Shown: positions 59,868 to 64,000 of the stretch, in pieces
Numbering within the stretch: the stretch's first letter is position 1
How the letters are laid out: the number at the start of each line of letters is the position of its first letter
Source of the DNA: Candidatus Dojkabacteria bacterium
GTDB lineage: Bacteria; Patescibacteriota; Dojkabacteria; B142; JAFGMG01
Length of the DNA stretch: 64,000 nucleotides
Reading direction: 5' to 3'
Assembly (NCBI GenBank): GCA_016927655.1
Contig: JAFGMG010000005.1
Span: 11,991-75,990, forward strand
Made by a program: the position numbers and the translations under genes
Notes under the pieces: model-generated
What the model was told of the DNA's origin: nothing
Seen by the model: only the letters and a program-made list of their open reading frames with translations
The model's database searches: none

Positions 59868-60761
59868 GAGAAGATGCGATTCTTTAGCAATCAGTATAGC
59901 ATAATCTACACTTTAGATAGAAATTCTAGTTTGGGTATACCCCGCTATTTGTCCCTCTGTGTAGTGCTTTTTTGGATGTAGACAAAGACTAGATAGTGTG
60001 TTGTTGAGTAATAAAGCATATATTGATCACAAGGCCTATAGTTTTCATAAAAAACGCTTTAGAATTATTGAGAGAATGGAAATAATTTTTTTTACTAGGA
60101 ATTAATAGAAAACAGCATGTGGGATATATTGTGCTGTATTTGTTGAAGTTATTAGAGCTATCTATTATATACAGCTCTTAAATTGGTAACTATTCTATAA
60201 TCGTTAGTAATAGTTTATTTTGCAGGCATTGAAAGTAAATATGCAACATTGACGAATGTCAATATTTCCGACTTGATTTATCTGCAAGGCATTGAAATTT
60301 TATAATTTTGTTATTTTAAACAGGCGGGCTTTAGGAGGGCAAAGTATACGGACTTTCAGTAGTAGCCTCAGATTAGTGCCAAGTCGAGAAGCTTATAGTT
60401 TAAATTTCTGCCATTTTGAGCTTAAAGGCAGAATTCCGGGGTTTTTATAAAAGTAATAGTGAATTTTTTCAGTAAATGAGAGGTATTTTTAAATTTTAAA
60501 AATTTAAAATAGAAAAATCTTTGGCTATAATGTAGCGAGTGTAAAAATCTGATAAAACTATACCGCAAATTTACCGGCACAAAATATTGCTTGTGTAAGA
60601 GTTAGCTGAATTTTCAAAGAGCCGGCAGACTAGTTTCCAGCAGTAAGCAGCGACTGACAAATTTTAGTAATTACGAGTAAATATCTAGATCAATTTAGGG
60701 GCGTGTTTATCTGCTCATAAAAGCGTGGAACGCAAATACAGCAAGGGCAATTGTAGACAGA

Positions 60762-61856
60762 TTAGAATTCGCCGAGCAAAAATACCTCGCTTTTTGGCTC
60801 AATTCCAAGCTTAGCAACTGCTTCCTTTTTGATCAGTTCCATCAGCTCAACCACATCTTGAGCTTTTGCTCCTCCGGTATTTTCTATGAAAGCAGCATGT
60901 GCTTCGGAAATTTTTGCTCCTCCAATTTGCTTTCCTTTCAAATTTAGCACTCTATCTATAATGTAGCCCCAACTAGTTGATTCTAGACCTAGGCGCTCTT
61001 TTTCTTCATTAGAAATATTCTGCCAAACGCATCCTGCAGATTTCTGGGGCTGCAATTTTTTGCGTCTTGTCCATTCTACATAGACTTGTTTGGCTTTTTC
61101 TTTATCTCCTTTTCTCAAATTGAAGTCTGCTGATAATATTAAATCGTTTTCTTCATGAAAAATTGAGTAGTCATAGTCAAATTTACATTCACTATTGGAA
61201 AGCCATCTTGTCTCTAGGCTATCTTTGTCTAGAACCTCCACTCTATCCACGTATTCTGCTAGATAATGTGTGCCGCCGTGAATATTATTGAAAATTGCGC
61301 CCCCTATGGTGCCTGGAATGCCTCCGAACCATTGAAGTCCGGTTATGCCGTTCCTGATAAGATTCATAATCGTTACAGGCAGCGATGCCCCTGATTCGAT
61401 ATTTACTTTCACTATCGGGGCATCTGATTCGTCATAATCGAGGTCTTCGAATGTGTAGAGCTTATCTTTATCAATTTCATCAAGACGTGGTTCTGGAACG
61501 TCTGCAGTTTCAATCTGGCTAATTTCAATATTCTCCTTCTCTGAAATGGCAATATTCCCTGCGCTGTTTTTGATCACTAGGCCGCGAATTCCTTTATCAG
61601 CAATCAAGACATTGCTTCCCCATCCGATGATTGTATATGGAACTTTGAGTTGAATGGCAAGGGTGACAGCGGCCTTTAACTGCTGGGAATTCTTTATCTC
61701 GCTAAAGATATCTGCAGGTCCGCCAATTTTATACGTCGTATATGGAGCGAGAGGTTCATTTTCTTTAAATTCTATTCCAAGCTCAGCGAGTTTTGTTTTT
61801 AATTGTGCAATATTGTCCATTGGGTATATGTTAGCCTGAGACATAACTTTTAGCAA
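60762..61856 (-). CDS. murB: UDP-N-acetylenolpyruvoylglucosamine reductase with internal acidic insertion
   Basis: FAD-binding YKIGGPADIF, GWGSNVLI; C-terminal MurB domain. Confidence 0.85.
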   Translation of the reverse strand: MLKVMSQANIYPMDNIAQLKTKLAELGIEFKENEPLAPYTTYKIGGPADIFSEIKNSQQLKAAVTLAIQLKVPYTIIGWGSNVLIADKGIRGLVIKNSAGNIAISEKENIEISQIETADVPEPRLDEIDKDKLYTFEDLDYDESDAPIVKVNIESGASLPVTIMNLIRNGITGLQWFGGIPGTIGGAIFNNIHGGTHYLAEYVDRVEVLDKDSLETRWLSNSECKFDYDYSIFHEENDLILSADFNLRKGDKEKAKQVYVEWTRRKKLQPQKSAGCVWQNISNEEKERLGLESTSWGYIIDRVLNLKGKQIGGAKISEAHAAFIENTGGAKAQDVVELMELIKKEAVAKLGIEPKSEVFLLGEF

Positions 61857-61864
61857 GGAATTTC

Positions 61865-63775
61865 TTATTTCAAAACGGCCTTGATCCTTCTGATTCCTGC
61901 TCCGCTGCTTTGCTCTTTGGTAATTTTAAATCTACCGTCTTTACCGTCAGGGCCTGATCTTGCGAGTTCTTTAGTATTTCCCACATGTGGGCCGCCGCAG
62001 AATTCCTTGCTGAAAATCTGCCCTGTTTCAGGGTGCTTTATAAAGTAAACGCTTACAAGATCGCCATATTTTTGTCCGAATTCCATTTCAGCACCAATTT
62101 CCTCTGCTTCCGTCTTTGGCATTGTCTTTTTTTCTACTGTCCAGCCTTCATCTATTTTTTCATTTACGATTTTTTCAACTTCCAGGATTTGCTCAGGGGT
62201 TAATTTATCATTATGTGAAAAATCAATTCTGAGCCTTGCATTTGTAATATTGCTACCTCTTTGCTTGACGTGATTGCCAAGGACTTGTTTCAAGGCTGCA
62301 AGAAGTAGATGATGTGCGGTATGAAGTCTGGTTGTTTCATCACTGTGATCGGCAAGTCCGCCCGTAAATTTCTGCTCTGCCCCTGTACGGGATTGTTCTT
62401 GATGAGATTTTCGTGCCTTCTCAAAGTCCAGCTCGAATTTTTCTGCATCTTTTTCTGGAACTCCGAGCTCCTCTACTATCATTTCAAGTGGGAACCCGTA
62501 TGTTTCATAGAACCAGAATGCCTTTTTGCCATCGATTTCTTCTCCTCTTCCCCTAATTTTTTCAAATTCATTAAGTCCTCGCTCGAGCGTCTTTCTAAAT
62601 TTTATTTCTTCTTTGTCGATTTCATCATATATAAAGCCTTCGTTTGCTTTGAGGTGCGGATAAATATCGCTCATGTGTTCCACGATTGTTTCAGCCAGAA
62701 TTCTCGTAAAATTACTTTCCAGCTCTAAAGATTTGCCGTATCTGACTAGTCTTCTGATAAATCTTCGCAAAATGTATCCTTGATCTTTGTTTGATGGTAT
62801 AACGCCATCAGCAAGTATGAATGTTGCTGCTCTGCTGTGATCGGCCAATATTCTAAAACTACGTGTGTATTCATTTTCTGTGCCGTTTGCATTTTTGTAT
62901 TCTTTCCTCGAAATCTCTCTGATTTTGTTTAAAAGCGGCTCGTAGATATCGGTTTCAAATATATCTCTTTTTCCCTGGACGCACATTGTTACTCTTTCCA
63001 ATCCTCCGCCGTAGTCGATATTGTGTCTATTCATTTTTTCCCATTTCATGTCTGAATTTAGTTTGTATTCCATGAAGACATTATTCCCGATTTCTAAAAA
63101 CCTTCCAGAATCATCGTTGATGTGATATTTATCTTGTTTGCGTTCGATAATTCCAGTGTCGTAGAAAATCTCGGAAGAGCTGCCACCAAGTTCACCAGGA
63201 GCTTCCGCTCTCTGCCACCAGTTGTCGGATTTACCATATGGAAAAATTCTTGCTTTGTGATTCTTACCAGCCTCTATATCTTTTGGAATAGCTTCTATGT
63301 TTTCTGAAAATTCTGCCTCAATACCATATTCTCTAAAGGCTTTCTTCCAGATCTCGATTGCTTCGTCATCTCTAGGGACAAGCTCATCTCCGCCCCAAAC
63401 TGAAACGTATAATCTATGTGGATCTAGGCCAAGCTCTTTGACATGAAATTCTAAAATCCACGGAATTTGTTCTTTTTTGAAGAAGTTATTTAGCGACCAA
63501 TTCCCGATCATTTCAAACATTAGAGTATGCCTATTGTCACCAACTTCGAGCATTTCGTCATATTTAGTTCGCAGGCAGCGTTGAATATTTACCAGCCTTT
63601 CCCCCAATGGATGCGGCTCTCCGCCTAAGTAGTTTGCCAGCTGGAACATTCCGGAATTTACAAAAAGCAGCGTAGGGTCATTTTGAGGTACTAATGGGAC
63701 ATCTGGCAGAATTACGTGACCCCTATCAAGCCAGAATTTTATATATTTATCGCGAATTTGTTTGGAAGTAAGCAT
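61865..63775 (-). CDS. alaS: alanine--tRNA ligase, short form (catalytic + editing domains, no C-Ala domain)
   Basis: LLFVNSGM, WGGDE... class II AlaRS motifs, editing-domain HTAHHLL ... CGGPHV; 636 aa. Confidence 0.85.
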   Translation of the reverse strand: MLTSKQIRDKYIKFWLDRGHVILPDVPLVPQNDPTLLFVNSGMFQLANYLGGEPHPLGERLVNIQRCLRTKYDEMLEVGDNRHTLMFEMIGNWSLNNFFKKEQIPWILEFHVKELGLDPHRLYVSVWGGDELVPRDDEAIEIWKKAFREYGIEAEFSENIEAIPKDIEAGKNHKARIFPYGKSDNWWQRAEAPGELGGSSSEIFYDTGIIERKQDKYHINDDSGRFLEIGNNVFMEYKLNSDMKWEKMNRHNIDYGGGLERVTMCVQGKRDIFETDIYEPLLNKIREISRKEYKNANGTENEYTRSFRILADHSRAATFILADGVIPSNKDQGYILRRFIRRLVRYGKSLELESNFTRILAETIVEHMSDIYPHLKANEGFIYDEIDKEEIKFRKTLERGLNEFEKIRGRGEEIDGKKAFWFYETYGFPLEMIVEELGVPEKDAEKFELDFEKARKSHQEQSRTGAEQKFTGGLADHSDETTRLHTAHHLLLAALKQVLGNHVKQRGSNITNARLRIDFSHNDKLTPEQILEVEKIVNEKIDEGWTVEKKTMPKTEAEEIGAEMEFGQKYGDLVSVYFIKHPETGQIFSKEFCGGPHVGNTKELARSGPDGKDGRFKITKEQSSGAGIRRIKAVLK

Positions 63776-63844
63776 AATTTGTCCGCTTCTTTAAATAACA
63801 GGCTAATTCTAGCCCAAGACTGCATTTCCGGCAAGCACGATTAT

Positions 63845-64000
63845 TTAGAACCTCACAGGATAGCTTATCTGGTTGTCGTTTTCGATTAAGCCTGAAGGAT
63901 TTTCCTTGAGCAGGTATAATTCGCCGTAAATTTCACCTGCTGGAGCAGTAAATGTAAGTGTACCCTCATATTCGACCAATTCTTCACTCATCCAGTCAGA
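63845..64000 (-). CDS. partial CDS (C-terminal 51 codons), unknown product; 5-prime end beyond window
   Basis: open frame on - strand ending ...NDNQISYPVRF*. Confidence 0.3.
   Translation of the reverse strand, partial: SDWMSEELVEYEGTLTFTAPAGEIYGELYLLKENPSGLIENDNQISYPVRF

Noticed and set aside
60300-60400. RNase P RNA: minus strand contains GAAAGUCCG (P4-like 9-mer)
   Set aside because: The flanking sequence lacks the other universally conserved RNase P elements (GGUAAGAGCGCACC, ACAGAA...CCGGCUUA), and the region is too AT-rich.
1-64000. Alternative genetic code (UGA recoding as in Gracilibacteria/SR1) and CRISPR arrays
   Set aside because: Housekeeping ORFs are full-length with TGA used as stop (e.g. 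pilO, IF-3). No repeat-spacer arrays seen anywhere in the window.

Overview
This 64 kb window looks like a chromosomal segment from a low-GC, genome-reduced bacterium that uses the standard genetic code (TGA acts as a stop, and ORFs are full length). Long N- and C-terminal low-complexity extensions, truncated aminoacyl-tRNA synthetases, an LPXTG sortase signal and a type IV pilus without a secretin suggest a CPR/Patescibacteria-like or Gram-positive-type organism, but this is inference. Most of the window is housekeeping: gyrB-gyrA with an intervening AIM24/DUF124 gene, holB, rpsP, rnc, nusB, rpmF, rsmD, uppP, recG, ponA, pheST, rplT-rpmI-infC, thrS, clpP, mutL, murB, alaS, tRNA-Ser(UGA) and tRNA-Val(GAC). 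A large type IV pilus locus (pilB-pilT-pilC-pilA, four pseudopilins, then pilM-pilN-pilO) is split by a 962-aa Cys-rich secreted protein. The window also holds a giant 1433-aa beta-helix surface protein, a RelE/YafQ-type toxin-antitoxin pair next to tRNA-Ser, and two small Cys-rich membrane proteins. The most interesting feature is a ~4.5 kb accessory island (49432-53909) inserted into the normally contiguous thrS / infC-rpmI-rplT cluster. It carries three unknown genes in alternating orientation, each with a near-identical TGgTATAATCA extended -10 promoter element. These are followed by a tight four-gene operon: MazG-like NTP pyrophosphohydrolase, GIY-YIG nuclease fused to a DUF2075/Schlafen-type P-loop ATPase, a small stand-alone GIY-YIG protein, and a 95-aa unknown. 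I read that operon as a candidate antiviral defence system that is, to my knowledge, undescribed. A probable unannotated ncRNA with an intrinsic terminator lies at ~32950-33215.
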